The position numbers were made by a program, and so were the translations under genes. The notes under the pieces are model-generated. The model saw only the letters and a list, made by a program, of their open reading frames with translations, made no database searches and was not told the DNA's origin. Source: an uncultured delta proteobacterium (GTDB lineage Bacteria > Desulfobacterota > Binatia > UBA9968). Taken from it: a stretch of 64,000 nt of DNA. This document shows positions 10,952-22,523 of this stretch, one piece after another. Within the stretch, counting starts at the first letter, position 1, and each line of letters begins with the position of its first letter. Location: assembly GCA_963755715.1 (NCBI GenBank), contig CAVWLW010000030.1:1-64000 (forward strand), given 5' to 3'.

Positions 10952-12586
10952 TGGCGGGCTTTCCTGCCGGATAGACGGCCTGTGATTCCGCTGCACCATA
11001 GGCATAGGCTTCATGGACAACGGTCGGCATCACTTCGAAGTTGTCGGTCGGCGGCGGCGACGTCGTCTCCCATTCCAAGCCCTTGGCCTTCCATGGATTC
11101 ATTCCCGCGACCACGCCGTAACGCAGCGACCAGATCAAGTAGGCCAACGGCAGCACGTAACCCACGGCGAGAATCGATGCGCCCGCCGTCGACATGACAT
11201 TGAGCACTTGGAACTCAGGCGGATAAACGTGGTAGCGCCGCGGCATGCCGAGATAGCCGAGCACGAACTGCGGAAAAAAGGTCAGGTTAAAGCCGAGAAA
11301 AATAATCACCGCGGCGAGCCGCGCCAAGGCTCCGGATATTTTCTGCCGGTCATCTTCGGCCACCAGAAATGGATGCCGCCGAGATAGGCCATGACCGCGC
11401 TGCCGACCATGATGTAATGAAAATGCGCGATCACGAAGTAGGTATCGTGAACGTGGATGTCGACGCCCAAGGTGGCCAAAAATAATCCGGTGAGACCGCC
11501 GATGGTGAACAGGCCGATAAAGCCGAGGGCATAAAGCATCGGCGCGTCAAATGAGATCGAGCCTTTGTAAAGCGTCGCCGTCCAATTGAAGACTTTAATC
11601 GCCGAGGGAATCGCCACCAGCATGCTCAAGAGCGAGAAAATCATGCTGGCATAAACCGACTGCCCACTGACAAACATGTGATGCCCCCAGACGAGAAACC
11701 CCAGCACCGCGATGGCGAGACTCGAAAAGGCAATAAAATCGTAACCGAAAACCCGCTTGCGCGAGAAACAGGTGATCAATTCGCTGATCACTCCCATACC
11801 GGGCAGAATCATGATGTAAACCGCCGGATGGGAGTAGAACCAAAAAAGATGCTGGAATAATAGCGGGTCGCCGCCCAATTCCGGATTAAAAATTCCCAGG
11901 CCGAACAGTCGTTCCAACGCTACCAACGCCAGCGTGATCGCGATCACCGGAGTTCCTAAAATAAAAATAATGCTGGTGGCGTAATGCGCCCAGACAAACA
12001 ACGGCAGGCGGAACCAGGTCATGCCGGGAGCGCGCATGGTATGGATGGTGACGATGAAATTGAGCCCGGTAAGAATCGACGAAAAACCGGTGATGAAGAT
12101 ACCGATCACCGTCAGAGCAACGTGGGTGTTCGAATAGATGCTGCTGTACGGCGTGTAAAACGTCCAGCCGGTATCGACTCCGCCGGCGGCCGCGGCCGCG
12201 AGGGTAAACAAGCCGCCAAGAATATAAATATACCAACTGGCCAAGTTAAGGCGCGGGAAAGCGAGGTCGCGCGCGCCGATCATCAAAGGAATCAGAAAAT
12301 TTCCCAAGACCGCCGGGATCGACGGGATCAAGAAAAAGAAAATCATCGTGACGCCGTGCATGGTGAATAGCTTGTTGTAGGTTTCCGCCTGCACCAAGTC
12401 GCCTTGCGGCGTCAGCAATTCCAAGCGAATCAGCGTCGCGAAAAGTCCGCCGACGAAAAAGAAAAAAGTCACGCCGACCAGATAGAGCCAAGCGATGCGC
12501 TTGTGGTCGATGGTGAGCAGCCACGACTTGAGGCCGTAATTCACGTTCAGGTAATGTTGGCGCCGTTCTTCGACTGGCCCGTTCAT
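10944..12586 (-). CDS. ctaD: Cytochrome c oxidase subunit I, A2 type (frameshift near 11320)
   Basis: [21 protein letters not shown] (YS motif of A2 enzymes), [19 protein letters not shown]; C-terminus GMPRRY in the 10944-11363 frame. Confidence 0.93.
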
Positions 12587-13540
12587 TTTTTTACCTGTGC
12601 CCCTTCTTCGCGCTTGAGAGATTTAAGATAGGCAATGATCTGCATGATGCCATCTTCGCTGATCAAGCCCTTGAACGTCGGCATGATCGGTGGATATCCC
12701 GCGACGATTTTTGCCTGCGGATTCGAGAATCGACTCGCGGATATAGTCTTCGTCCGCGGTCACCGAAGCGCCGCTCTGCAGACGCACGGTCTTGCCCAGC
12801 AGCCCCGCTAAGGACGGGCCGCGGCCCGTATCGTTTGGCGCGTGGCAGGAGACACAGCCCAGTTTTTGGAATAGATTCTCACCCGCCGTCGCCATCGATA
12901 CCGCCGCGGCGCCGCCGCTCAACCAGGACTGAAACTCCGCCGGCTCCAGCGCGATGATATGGCCGATCATGCCCGAGTGTTGCGTGCCGCAATATTGCGA
13001 GCAAAACAACCGATAGGCGCCGGGCTTGGTCGCTTCGAACCAAAGCGTCGTGTAGCGTCCCGGCAGCACGTCGTTCTTCACGCGAAATGCCGGCACGAAA
13101 AAATCATGAATCACATCTTGCGAAGTCATGATCAGTTTGATCGGCCGACCGGTGGGAATATGCAGCTCGTCGATTTCCGAGCGGCCTTCGGCATGCTGAA
13201 CTTTCCACATCCATTGCTTGGCGACGACGTTGATTTCCAGAGCGTCGCTCGGCGGATAAAAAGTAATGAAAAACAGGCGGGCACCCCAGACAAACATCAC
13301 GAGGGTCAGACTAAGTGGCACGACCGTCCAAAGAATTTCCAGCCCCAGGTTGCCGCTGATGGGCCGCGGCTGCTCATCGTCCGATCGACGCCGGTATTTG
13401 ACGGCGAAAGCGATGATCAAGATGAGAATCAACGTGGCGAAAAACACGCTTACGCCAAGGAGAAAAAAATAAAGCTGGTCGACGCGCGGCGCCATCGTCG
13501 AAGCCTGCTCGGGAAACAGGGGAAAGCCCAGCGTCGACAT
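12583..13540 (-). CDS. ctaC: Cytochrome c oxidase subunit II with C-terminal cytochrome c (caa3 type); frameshift near 12720
   Basis: CuA ligands DVIH and [12 protein letters not shown]; CVSCH heme motif; C-terminus [16 protein letters not shown] in the alternative frame ending TGA at 12583. Confidence 0.92.
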
Positions 13541-13544
13541 GACC

Positions 13545-14897
13545 TTACGCCGTCCTCCCGCTCGCCGCCGCCTGGGATCGCTCGCGCCGCAGCATCGCGA
13601 TCACGAAGCCGGCCACGAGCAAAACCGTCAGGCCGCCCGCCAGACGTATTACGTTGGTGATGAGAAGACCGTATTTGCCGGTGACCGGATCGTAGTGAAA
13701 GCAAAAGAGCAACAGTTGATCGATCGGCGTACCGATGCGCGCCTCGGCGGCTTCGATCAACCCCAGACGCAGATCGCGCGGCGAAAAATCGATGCCGTAA
13801 TAGTAGCGCGAGACTTTTCCTGCCGGCGTCAAGAGCACGATTCCCGTGGCGTGGGCGAACTCGCCCGTTTGGGCATCGTAGTTGTAGTGAAACCCAACCG
13901 CGCTAGTGAGTTTTTGAATCGAGTCTTCGGTGCCGGTGAGAAAATGCCAGCCGTCCGCGGCGCCGGGCCGGGCGTAGCGCGCGAGAAATTCTTTATTCTT
14001 GGCGTCCGCCAGTGCGGCGCTGTCGTGGGGATCGAAACTCACGGTGAGCACGGCAAACTGGTTGCCGATGTCGAAGGAAAGCGCACGCAGCGAGCGCACC
14101 AGGCCATCCAAGAGCAAGGGGCAAAGATCGCGGCATTTGTAATAGACGAAGTTGACAATGACCGGCTTGCGACCGAAGTAATCGCTAAGCCGTACCTCGT
14201 TGCCGCGTTCATCGCGAAAACTCAGATCGAGCGGCACTTGCTCGGCCAATTTCTGATCGAAGGCGACCTCGCGCAGCGCCGCCGGCCGGGTGTTGTCATG
14301 CGCGCGCGCCAAATGGGCAAGCGCTAAGATGAGCGCGAACACGAGGCCAAGGGCTCGCAGCAGAGCGCGCTTTAACGCCAACGCGGGCCAAGCGCAACCG
14401 ACGCCCTCCGACGCCAGCGCGCGCACTTTGACTCGATCACGGATGATTTGCGCTAGCGTTTTCTTTCCTCTTTTCGACTTTGATTTTGCCTCGGTCGCCG
14501 GCTCGTTTTTCGCCGGGCGCGCGGGCAGTCCCCGCTCGGCTAAGATCTCGATGGCGCGATCGATCGGGATATGGACGACTCCCTTGTCCCGGTCGATCCA
14601 GCCGTAAGATTTGAGCATCGCGTCTTCCTCGCTTCTGAGAGTTTTCAGTTCTTCACCCGGCTCGACCGACAAACGGGGCTCGGGTGTCGGCTCCCGGCTA
14701 TAGGAAAGCGGGCTCGGTAACGGCCGCGTTCGGGTTTCGCCGCTGTAGAAATAGTGAAACAAGCCGTAGGTGACGAGCAGCGCCAGGGCGATGACCGTCG
14801 CCAAAGCGAGCCCGACCATGGCGACTCGCTTTGGGTTGATATCGCTGACTTCGTGGCCGGACTCGGCGCTTCGGGCCGTTAGATCTTGGTCAACCAT
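13545..14897 (-). CDS. ActG-like membrane protein fused in-frame to a SCO1/SenC copper chaperone
   Basis: N-terminal GHEVSDIN..TM..PEPRL..YGWIDRDKGVVHIPIDRAI (typical small ACIII-cluster protein); C-terminal YYKCRDLC (CxxxC), FAH, RYYYGIDF, CFHYDP of ACIII-associated SCO. Confidence 0.8.
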   Translation of the reverse strand: MVDQDLTARSAESGHEVSDINPKRVAMVGLALATVIALALLVTYGLFHYFYSGETRTRPLPSPLSYSREPTPEPRLSVEPGEELKTLRSEEDAMLKSYGWIDRDKGVVHIPIDRAIEILAERGLPARPAKNEPATEAKSKSKRGKKTLAQIIRDRVKVRALASEGVGCAWPALALKRALLRALGLVFALILALAHLARAHDNTRPAALREVAFDQKLAEQVPLDLSFRDERGNEVRLSDYFGRKPVIVNFVYYKCRDLCPLLLDGLVRSLRALSFDIGNQFAVLTVSFDPHDSAALADAKNKEFLARYARPGAADGWHFLTGTEDSIQKLTSAVGFHYNYDAQTGEFAHATGIVLLTPAGKVSRYYYGIDFSPRDLRLGLIEAAEARIGTPIDQLLLFCFHYDPVTGKYGLLITNVIRLAGGLTVLLVAGFVIAMLRRERSQAAASGRTA

Positions 14898-16087
14898 GTG
14901 GCACCCAGCCCTGCTCCTCGACGATGGCGATGAAGCGCGGATCGCGAAATGGTAACAACGGACGATCCCTCAGTTGGCCGAGAAATGCCGCGAACCAAAG
15001 ACCGCCGATGCCGAGCGGCGCCAGGAGCGTCGTCCAGTGCAGGCTGAAATCCATCGGGATGAAACGTCGGCGCGACAAACCAGAAAAGCTCGATCTGGTG
15101 CATCAGCGCGATCGCGGCGGCCACCGCGCAGAGCGTTCCGGCTTTGCGTTTGACGGCGCGCGACAACAGCAGGATGAACGGCAATGCGAATTGGAGCACG
15201 ATCAAAGCGACGGCGATCACGCCCCAGCCGCCATTGATGCGATGCAAATACCAGGGAATTTCGTGTTGGAGATTTTCCACCCAAATAATGAGGAACTGCG
15301 CGAACGACATGTAGGCCCACAACATCACGAAGGCCAACAGCAGATTGCCCAAATCGTGCAGCACCCAAGGCGCGATGATGCGCGACAGCGGCTCGCGCCG
15401 CGACAGAAAATAAGCGACGCCGATCACGAAGGTCAGAGCGATCAGTACCGTGGCTGACCATGAAGAGCATGCCGAAGATCGTCGAGTACCAGTGCGGCTC
15501 CAGCGACATCAGCCAATCGATGGCGGAAAAAGTTACCGTGAGTCCGTACAGGACCAGCCCCGGCCCGCTGAGAGTTTGCAGCCGCTGCGTGAGCGCGGGG
15601 TCGGCGCTCCGGTCCTGTTCCGCCGACCAGCGGCTTAGAAAAAACCCGAGGGCGCACCAAACTGCGAAATACACCGCCGCGCGGATGATAAAAGCCGGAA
15701 TATTGAGATAGGCGGCTTTTTGCAGCAGCACCGGATCCTGGGCGACAGCTTGCGGGTGCGCCCAGATAAATAAATCCGGTAGCCCGAAACAACAGTGGGA
15801 GAAACAACACGGCCATGATCGGAAAGGTTCGGGTCGCCGACTCGAGCGAACGCTGGATCACAAACCCCCAGGTTCCGCCGACCAGGTGGTGGATCATCAC
15901 GATGCCCAGGCAGCCCAACGGGATGCCCAGCCAAAACATATAGGCGATCAGATAAGAGCGAAAAAATTGCCCGTGATCGGTAAAAATAGCCGATGAGGCA
16001 AAGCCCGAGCGCGAGCGCGCCGACGGCGAGTGCGCGGCGCCGCAGCGGTTGTAACTCGGTGGTAAATTTTGTCTCCAGTTCATTCAT
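14890..16087 (-). CDS. actF: Alternative complex III subunit ActF (NrfD-like; about four frameshifts)
   Basis: Consecutive pieces: [84 protein letters not shown]. Confidence 0.85.
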
Positions 16088-16674
16088 TTCTGGGTCTCGG
16101 AGAGAGCGCCGCGCGCTGCTTCGGGCACGTCGGCGATCCGGGCGTTCTGGCTCAACTGCAGCGCCCGGATATAAGCGACGATCGCCCAGCGGTCGCGCAC
16201 GGAAATTTGCGCGGCATAGTCCGGCATCGCGCCGAAACCATGCGACATCACGTCATAGAAATGGCCCGGCGGCGCCGCGCGCAAGCGCTCGATATGTAAC
16301 GATGGCGGCGGTCGATAGCCGCGCCGCACGATCATGCCTTCGCCGCCGCCGGCGCGATCGTGACAGGGCGCACAGAAAATGTTGAACCGCTCCTGGCCGC
16401 GCAGGAGCAATGGCCGATCAATGGGAAACGGGAAGGTCTTTGCCGGCTCGCCGCCTGCTTTACCGGTGTAAAGCTCTTCGTCCGCGTTCAGATGACCCTG
16501 CGCCACTGTTCCCTCGACCAGCGGACGCGAAGCGCGCTGGTCCTCGAAAAAATCGCTCTTTTGCAGCGGTTCATATCTTGGCTGGTCCGCCATTTTCTGC
16601 TGGCACGCCCCAAGCCATAGGCAAATCGCGATCAGGCAAGAACGTTGTAGTCTCTTTGAAATTTCTTGATTCAT
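16084..16674 (-). CDS. actE: Alternative complex III monoheme cytochrome c lipoprotein ActE
   Basis: Lipobox LGAC, MADQPRYEP, CAPCH, GFGAMPDY, DRWAIVAYIRALQ. Confidence 0.9.
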   Translation of the reverse strand: MNQEISKRLQRSCLIAICLWLGACQQKMADQPRYEPLQKSDFFEDQRASRPLVEGTVAQGHLNADEELYTGKAGGEPAKTFPFPIDRPLLLRGQERFNIFCAPCHDRAGGGEGMIVRRGYRPPPSLHIERLRAAPPGHFYDVMSHGFGAMPDYAAQISVRDRWAIVAYIRALQLSQNARIADVPEAARGALSETQK

Positions 16675-16679
16675 CGTCG

Positions 16680-17237
16680 TCAGAAGTCGACCTCGTAAAT
16701 GCCCTGGGAGCCCACCTCTTCAAAAAATTTCCGCGCGCTGTCGAGATCGAACGTTGCGTCGGTCGCCTCGATGCAGAGAAAGAAACGGTTGCGGCTCGCC
16801 AACTCAAAGCGCTCGACGTTAAACACCGGATGATAGGGCATCGGCAGTCCGTTGAGCGCCAACACCCCGAAGACCGCCGACAAAGCAGCGGCGAGAATCG
16901 TCATTTCAAAGGTCACCGGTATGAACGAAGGCCAGCTGTTCAACGGCCTGCCGCCGACGTTTATCGGATAATCGATGACCGATACCCAATACTGCAGAAA
17001 GAACCCGCCGAGGCAGCCGAGGATCCCGCCGATCAGCACGATGAGCGGCACCCGGGAGCGATGAAATCCGATCGCTTCGGCGAGACCGTCCACGGGAAAC
17101 GGCGAATACGCATCCATCTTACGGAAGCCCGCCGCAAAAGCCCGGCGCGCTGCTTCGAGCAGCTCTTCCGGACTGGCAAATTCCGCCATGAGTCCGTAAA
17201 TCCGGGGCTTCTCGCGACTTGTAGTTCCGTGGGCCAT
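16680..17237 (-). CDS. actD: Alternative complex III subunit ActD (DUF3341)
   Basis: YGLMAEF, DAYSPFPV, YPINVGGRP..WPSFIPVTFE; ATG at 17237. Confidence 0.9.
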   Translation of the reverse strand: MAHGTTSREKPRIYGLMAEFASPEELLEAARRAFAAGFRKMDAYSPFPVDGLAEAIGFHRSRVPLIVLIGGILGCLGGFFLQYWVSVIDYPINVGGRPLNSWPSFIPVTFEMTILAAALSAVFGVLALNGLPMPYHPVFNVERFELASRNRFFLCIEATDATFDLDSARKFFEEVGSQGIYEVDF

Positions 17238-17244
17238 GATCCTG

Positions 17245-18627
17245 TCAATCGTTCTTAGCTTCTTCCTCGTGCACCAATTCGCGCATTTCAAAAATCGAAA
17301 TCATCGGCAGCACCCGGATGAAAAGAAACAGCAAGGCGATAAATAGACCGATGGTGCCCACGAATACGCCGTAATCAAAGATGGTGCCCGAGTACCTTCC
17401 CCAAGCCGATGGCATAAAATCACGATGTAGACTGACGACGATAATGACGTATCGCTCCAGCCACATGCCGATGTTGACAGAGATCGCGATCAGAAAAAGC
17501 ACGATCACGTTGGTATGCAAGCTGCGAAACCAGAGCGCCTGCGGAATCAAAATATTGAAGAGAATCAGCAGCCAATACATCCAGCCGTAGGGGCCAAACA
17601 TGCGGTTCATCATCATGTACTTTTCGAAAATGTCGCCGCTGTACCACGCCATGAAGGTTTCGATCAGATAACCGTAGGCGACGATCATGCCGGTCACCAG
17701 CAAGACCATGCCCATATTTTTCAAATGACGCATCGTGATGAAGTCTTCGAGCCCGTACAGTTTGCGCAGCGGGATTGCGATCGTCAGAACCATGGCGAAG
17801 CCCGAGTAAATCGCGCCGGCGACGAAATAAGGTGGAAAGATCGTCGAGTGCCAGCCGGGGACAAGACCCACGGCAAAATCAAAGCTGACCACCGTGTGAA
17901 CGGAAACCACCAGCGGCGTCGCCAAGCCGGCCAAAAGTAGGTAAGCAATTTCGTAGCGATGCCAATGAATCGCCGAGCCACGCCAGCCCATGGCGAGCAT
18001 GCCGTAAATGAAGCGGGGAATCCGCCCGCGCGCTCGATCGCGCAAGGTGGCGAGGTCGGGAATCAAACCGAGAAACCAAAACAGCAAAGAAACCGTAAAA
18101 TAGGTGGAGACCGCAAACACGTCCCAAACCAACGGACTGCGAAACTGCGGTTGAATCCCCATCGTGCTCGGATAGGGCACCAGCCAATAAAAATACCAGG
18201 GACGCCCCAGATGTATCAGCGGGAACAAGCCCGCGCAGGCGACCGCAAACAGCGTCATGGCTTCGGCGAAGCGATTGATCGACTGACGCCACTTTTGCCG
18301 CAACAGCAAGAGAATCGCTGAAATGAGCGTCCCTGCGTGGCCGATGCCGATCCACCAGACGAAATTGACGATATCGAATCCCCAGCCTACGGGGATCATG
18401 ATGCCGAATAGACCGACGCCGATGGTAATCACCGCAGCGATGCAAAAGAAAAGACCTAGAACTAAGATAAATGAGAGTCCGAAGCCCACGTACCAAAACC
18501 ATGGGGTGCGGCCAGTGAGAACGATGGAGCTGATCTTGTCGGTGATCGAGCCGAAAGTGTGCCCCGGCTCGATGATCGGCAGAGAGTCCCCTGCTTCGGC
18601 CGGTTGATTTTGTTGATTCGACGCCAT
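17245..18627 (-). CDS. actC: Alternative complex III quinol-oxidising subunit ActC (NrfD/PsrC family)
   Basis: WGFDIVNFVWWIGIGHAGTLISAIL, HLGRPW, FRSPLVWDVFAVSTY, SVHTVVSFDF, GMWLERY. Confidence 0.95.
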   Translation of the reverse strand: MASNQQNQPAEAGDSLPIIEPGHTFGSITDKISSIVLTGRTPWFWYVGFGLSFILVLGLFFCIAAVITIGVGLFGIMIPVGWGFDIVNFVWWIGIGHAGTLISAILLLLRQKWRQSINRFAEAMTLFAVACAGLFPLIHLGRPWYFYWLVPYPSTMGIQPQFRSPLVWDVFAVSTYFTVSLLFWFLGLIPDLATLRDRARGRIPRFIYGMLAMGWRGSAIHWHRYEIAYLLLAGLATPLVVSVHTVVSFDFAVGLVPGWHSTIFPPYFVAGAIYSGFAMVLTIAIPLRKLYGLEDFITMRHLKNMGMVLLVTGMIVAYGYLIETFMAWYSGDIFEKYMMMNRMFGPYGWMYWLLILFNILIPQALWFRSLHTNVIVLFLIAISVNIGMWLERYVIIVVSLHRDFMPSAWGRYSGTIFDYGVFVGTIGLFIALLFLFIRVLPMISIFEMRELVHEEEAKND

Positions 18628-18631
18628 GGAA

Positions 18632-21600
18632 CTAACCGTTCTCGATCTCCGGATTGGGATTTCGTAATTTGGCCTGATAGGTCGTTCGCGGTTTGGTATT
18701 CAATTCGGCGAGCAATCCGTAATTGAGCGGCTGCGCTTTCAACTTGGTAACTTTGCTGTCCGGTTCGTTGATATCGCCGAAGACAATCGCCTGGGTCGGA
18801 CAGGCTTGCTGGCAAGCGGTCACGATCTCGCCGTCGCGCACCTTGCGATCTTCTTTTTCCGCGCCGATCTTCGCCTGATTGATGCGCTGCACGCAGTAGG
18901 TGCATTTTTCCATAACGCCGCGGGAGCGCACGGTAACGTCAGGATTATGCAAGAGCTTGGTGCTCTCCGTTTTAAAGTCGCTGTACAGGAAGAAATTGAA
19001 GCGGCGAACTTTATAGGGACAGTTATTCGAACAGTAGCGGGTGCCGACGCAGCGATTGTAGGTCATGTCATTGAGCCCTTCATCGCTATGCGTCGTCGCA
19101 TGAACGGGACAAACCAGCTCGCAAGGAGCGTTTTCGCATTGCATGCACGGCACCGGCTGATGATACATCTCGGGATTGTCCAGCGCGCCTTTGTAATATC
19201 GATCGATGCGAATCCAGTGCATCTCCCGACCGCGCAAGACTTCTTTTTTACCCACCACCGGGCTGTTATTTTCGGCGACGCAAGCGACGACGCAGGCATT
19301 GCAGCCGATGCAAGAGTTGATATCGATGGCCATGCCCCAGGCGTAACCCTCATATTTGAATCCCGGATAGAGACTGCCCTTCCCTTCTCCGTGTTTTTCC
19401 GTCTCCTGAGCGAAGTTTGGGTTTTTTCGGAATTCTTCGAGCGTGCCGCTGCGCAGTAGCTGGCGCCCTTCCATCAAATGATGGAACTGGGTGCAAGCGA
19501 GCGGCTGCTGTTCGCCGGTTTTGCGAATTTGCAGTCCGACGCCGTGCCAATGACGCATCCGCGGTGCGAATGAGATTGGCGTTGAAGCCGGTGTTCGTGC
19601 CGACCCTGCCGGCGCGCGTGCGACCATAACCGAGATGGATGGTAACGCAGTCATCCGCTTGCCCCGGCAAGATCCATGCGGCGCCGCGCACTCGACGGCC
19701 GTCATAACTGAGCTCGACCATGTCGCCGTAGACGGTGCCATGCTCGCCGCCGGTGCTGCCGATACTTCGGCTCAGTCCCAAGCGATCGGCGGTAGCCGGA
19801 CTTACGATAACAACGTTGTCCCAAGTCAGCTTTGTCAAAGGTTTGGGCGTTTCTTGGAGCCAGCCGTTATTGGCGAATCGGCCGTCCAAAATCGTCGGAT
19901 CGGGACGATACAAAAACTCTAGAGTGCCGTTAGTTTTTTTTACCGCGGCCTGACCCTGAGTTATTTCTTGTCCTTGAGATTTGTCGCCGGACTTCGACGC
20001 AAGCGCGAATTGTTTGATGGACACCTGTTTGGTTGGCGCCGCCGTGCCCGCAACGATGCCGTCATGTAAAGACTTGCGCCAAAAGCGCTCGAAATCCTGT
20101 TGGCCACTTTGCCGCTTCCAATAGTCGCGCACGATTTCATAGCTCGTCTGATCCGGTTGGCCGAGCAAGACGGACAAGAGTTCGTGCGCCGTGCGACCGC
20201 CGTAAAGCGGCGCGATCAGCGGTTGAAGGATCGTCGCCGTGCCGTCGTAGGCGCGCACGTCGCTCCAGGATTCGAGATAGTGCGCCTCGGGAACATGCCA
20301 ATGGCACAAAGCCGAAGTCTCGTCATCGTACGGTGACAGTTGGACGGTGAAGTTCGATTTGACGAGCAGACTCGCAAAGTTTAGATCCGCCGGCGCGCTA
20401 TAAACCGGATTGGCGCCAATGATGATTAAAAGCTGAACGGCATTGGCCGCCATATCGCGCGCCAGCTCGCGCAGCGATTCAGCATGGTTCGTTGGCTGCG
20501 CCTCCACCGGCTCGGTGTAAAACACCGTCGCGCCGACGTTGCCGAGCGCTTGATTCATGGCGTGCGCCAAAGCATGAACTACCGCCGGCTGTTGGTCGCC
20601 GGCCAACACCAGACTGCGGCCGCGATGCTGTTGCAGATCGCGGATCACGGCGTCGAGCCATTTCTGCTTATCCGCGAGCGAAGAGCTCGGCGCCGCGCCG
20701 GCAAGTTGAACTCCGAGTCCGCGCGCCAGCGCGGTGGCGCATTCTTCGATCGTGCTCGGTTTCAGCGGCAAACGGTGATCCGCCATGGAGCCGGTCACCG
20801 TTGGCGTGCTTTCGACAACGTAGAGCCGATTCATCGTCGCCTGCGGATCGTGGACGCGACGCTTGTCGGAAAAATCCCGCGCGTAGCGCAGACTCGCCGC
20901 GCCGAAAAATAAAAAATCGGCATCGAGCGATAAAATGACTTCGGCGCGATCGAAGCGATAGTGAGTCGCGATCACTTCGCCGAACGCCAGCCGCGAACCG
21001 TCCCGCGCTCCATCCCCGCCAACGGGTTCGTATTGATGCCATCGAGCCTTGGGGAATTTGCCGAGCAATTCTTTGAGCTGAGCAGCGAGCGTCGGCGAAG
21101 TCACGGTCCCAGTCAAAATGCGCAAGCCGGCACCTTGATTTACCCGTTGGGTCTCGAGCTCGCTGTTGATCGCAGCGAAAAAACCGTTCCACGTACTAAT
21201 GCGTCCGGCATTGGTTAAAACCTGCGAGCGATCCGGATCATAGAGATCCAATATTGAAGCCTGCATGAAAACATCGGCGGCGCCGAGGCTCGCCGGATGG
21301 AGCGGGTTGCCTTCAATCTTGGTCGGACGGCCCATATGGCTCTCGACGAGAACGCCGCGGCCGAAGCCGCCGAGCGGCATCGCTGTCGCGAAGAACAACG
21401 GCTTGCCGGGAATGATCTCCTCCGGCTGGTTGACGTAAGGAACGATCTTCTCATCGGTCGGCGCCGGCGCCGAGCTCAAGCAGCCGCTCAATCCCGCCAG
21501 CGCCAGCGACGCGCCCATCAATTTTAAAAAACCGCGGCGATCGAGCGATTCGTCCCACGCCGAGGCCTGGCGCGGATATTCTCTTTGCAATAGCTCGCGA

Positions 21601-21707
21601 AACTCTTCGGTGTCGGCCAGTTCTTCCAGACAGCGCCAGTATTCCGCGCCACGGGCACTCGCAAGGCGCTCGTGAATCGAATTTAAGGTGTCGGGACGTT
21701 CGCTCAT
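18632..21707 (-). CDS. actB: Alternative complex III subunit ActB (Tat-exported molybdopterin-oxidoreductase-like domain plus Fe-S domain); frameshift near 19550
   Basis: YWRCLEELA, Tat motif [27 protein letters not shown]; Fe-S domain [43 protein letters not shown]. Confidence 0.93.
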
Positions 21708-21720
21708 TCGTGCGCTCCGT

Positions 21721-22371
21721 TCAGCGATGACAGGTCGAGCAACTCGTCAACTTTCGAATCCTATATTCCTTGACCAGCTTCTCGCCCAACGCGATTTGAT
21801 CGACCGGGGGTTGGTAATCCATATTGAACACGTATTGGCGCGGTCGCACATAACGCTCTGGGGCGCGGTGGCATTCGAGGCACCAGTCCATATAGAGCGT
21901 GTTTTCCCGCCACGTGAGCGGCATCGTGTCGACTCGGCCGTGACAGGTGGAGCAACCAACGCCCTTGTGGATATGAATGCTATGATCGAAATAAACAAAA
22001 CCCGGAAGGTTGTGGACTCGGGTCCATTGAATCGACTTGCCGGTGCGAAAACTCTCGCGCACCGGCTCCAGCATCGGACTATCCGACCAGATTTGACTAT
22101 GACAATTCATGCAGGTCTTGGTCGGCGGAACGCCCGCGAAAGAACTCTCCTCTACCGAAGTGTGGCAATAGCGGCAGTCGATGCCATCGTCGCCGACGTG
22201 ATGTTTGTGGCTAAACGGCACCGGCTGGCTACGCGCTACACCGACTTCCGTGATGTAGGGCGACTCATTAATGGCCGCCAGCGCCAACACTAAGACGACG
22301 ATGAAGCCGGCGCCGCCAAAAATGGTGAGACGGGAAATGGTGTTCGTGCTCGGATGAAAAATTTGCGACAT
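21721..22371 (-). CDS. actA: Alternative complex III pentaheme cytochrome c ActA
   Basis: N-terminal TM, QPVPFSHKHH, five CxxCH motifs (CRYCH, CMNCH, CSTCH, CLECH, CSTCH). Confidence 0.95.
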   Translation of the reverse strand: MSQIFHPSTNTISRLTIFGGAGFIVVLVLALAAINESPYITEVGVARSQPVPFSHKHHVGDDGIDCRYCHTSVEESSFAGVPPTKTCMNCHSQIWSDSPMLEPVRESFRTGKSIQWTRVHNLPGFVYFDHSIHIHKGVGCSTCHGRVDTMPLTWRENTLYMDWCLECHRAPERYVRPRQYVFNMDYQPPVDQIALGEKLVKEYRIRKLTSCSTCHR

Positions 22372-22523
22372 GGTCCGTTGCTATGCCGGAGGTCGCCAAC
22401 ACGGCGCAAACTCGGTGGATAAATGCTGGATAAAATAGATAGCCCTCGTCAAGACCCGCCGCCAACTTCTTCGGCTGTCAAAATTAACGCACGGATTTGC
22501 GCCTAGGCAATTGCGCCGTTTTG

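Noticed and set aside
18632-21707. Natural split of actB into B1 and B2 genes
   Set aside because: The two ORFs overlap by ~390 bp and join seamlessly if one base near 19550 is removed; there is no separate RBS or start.
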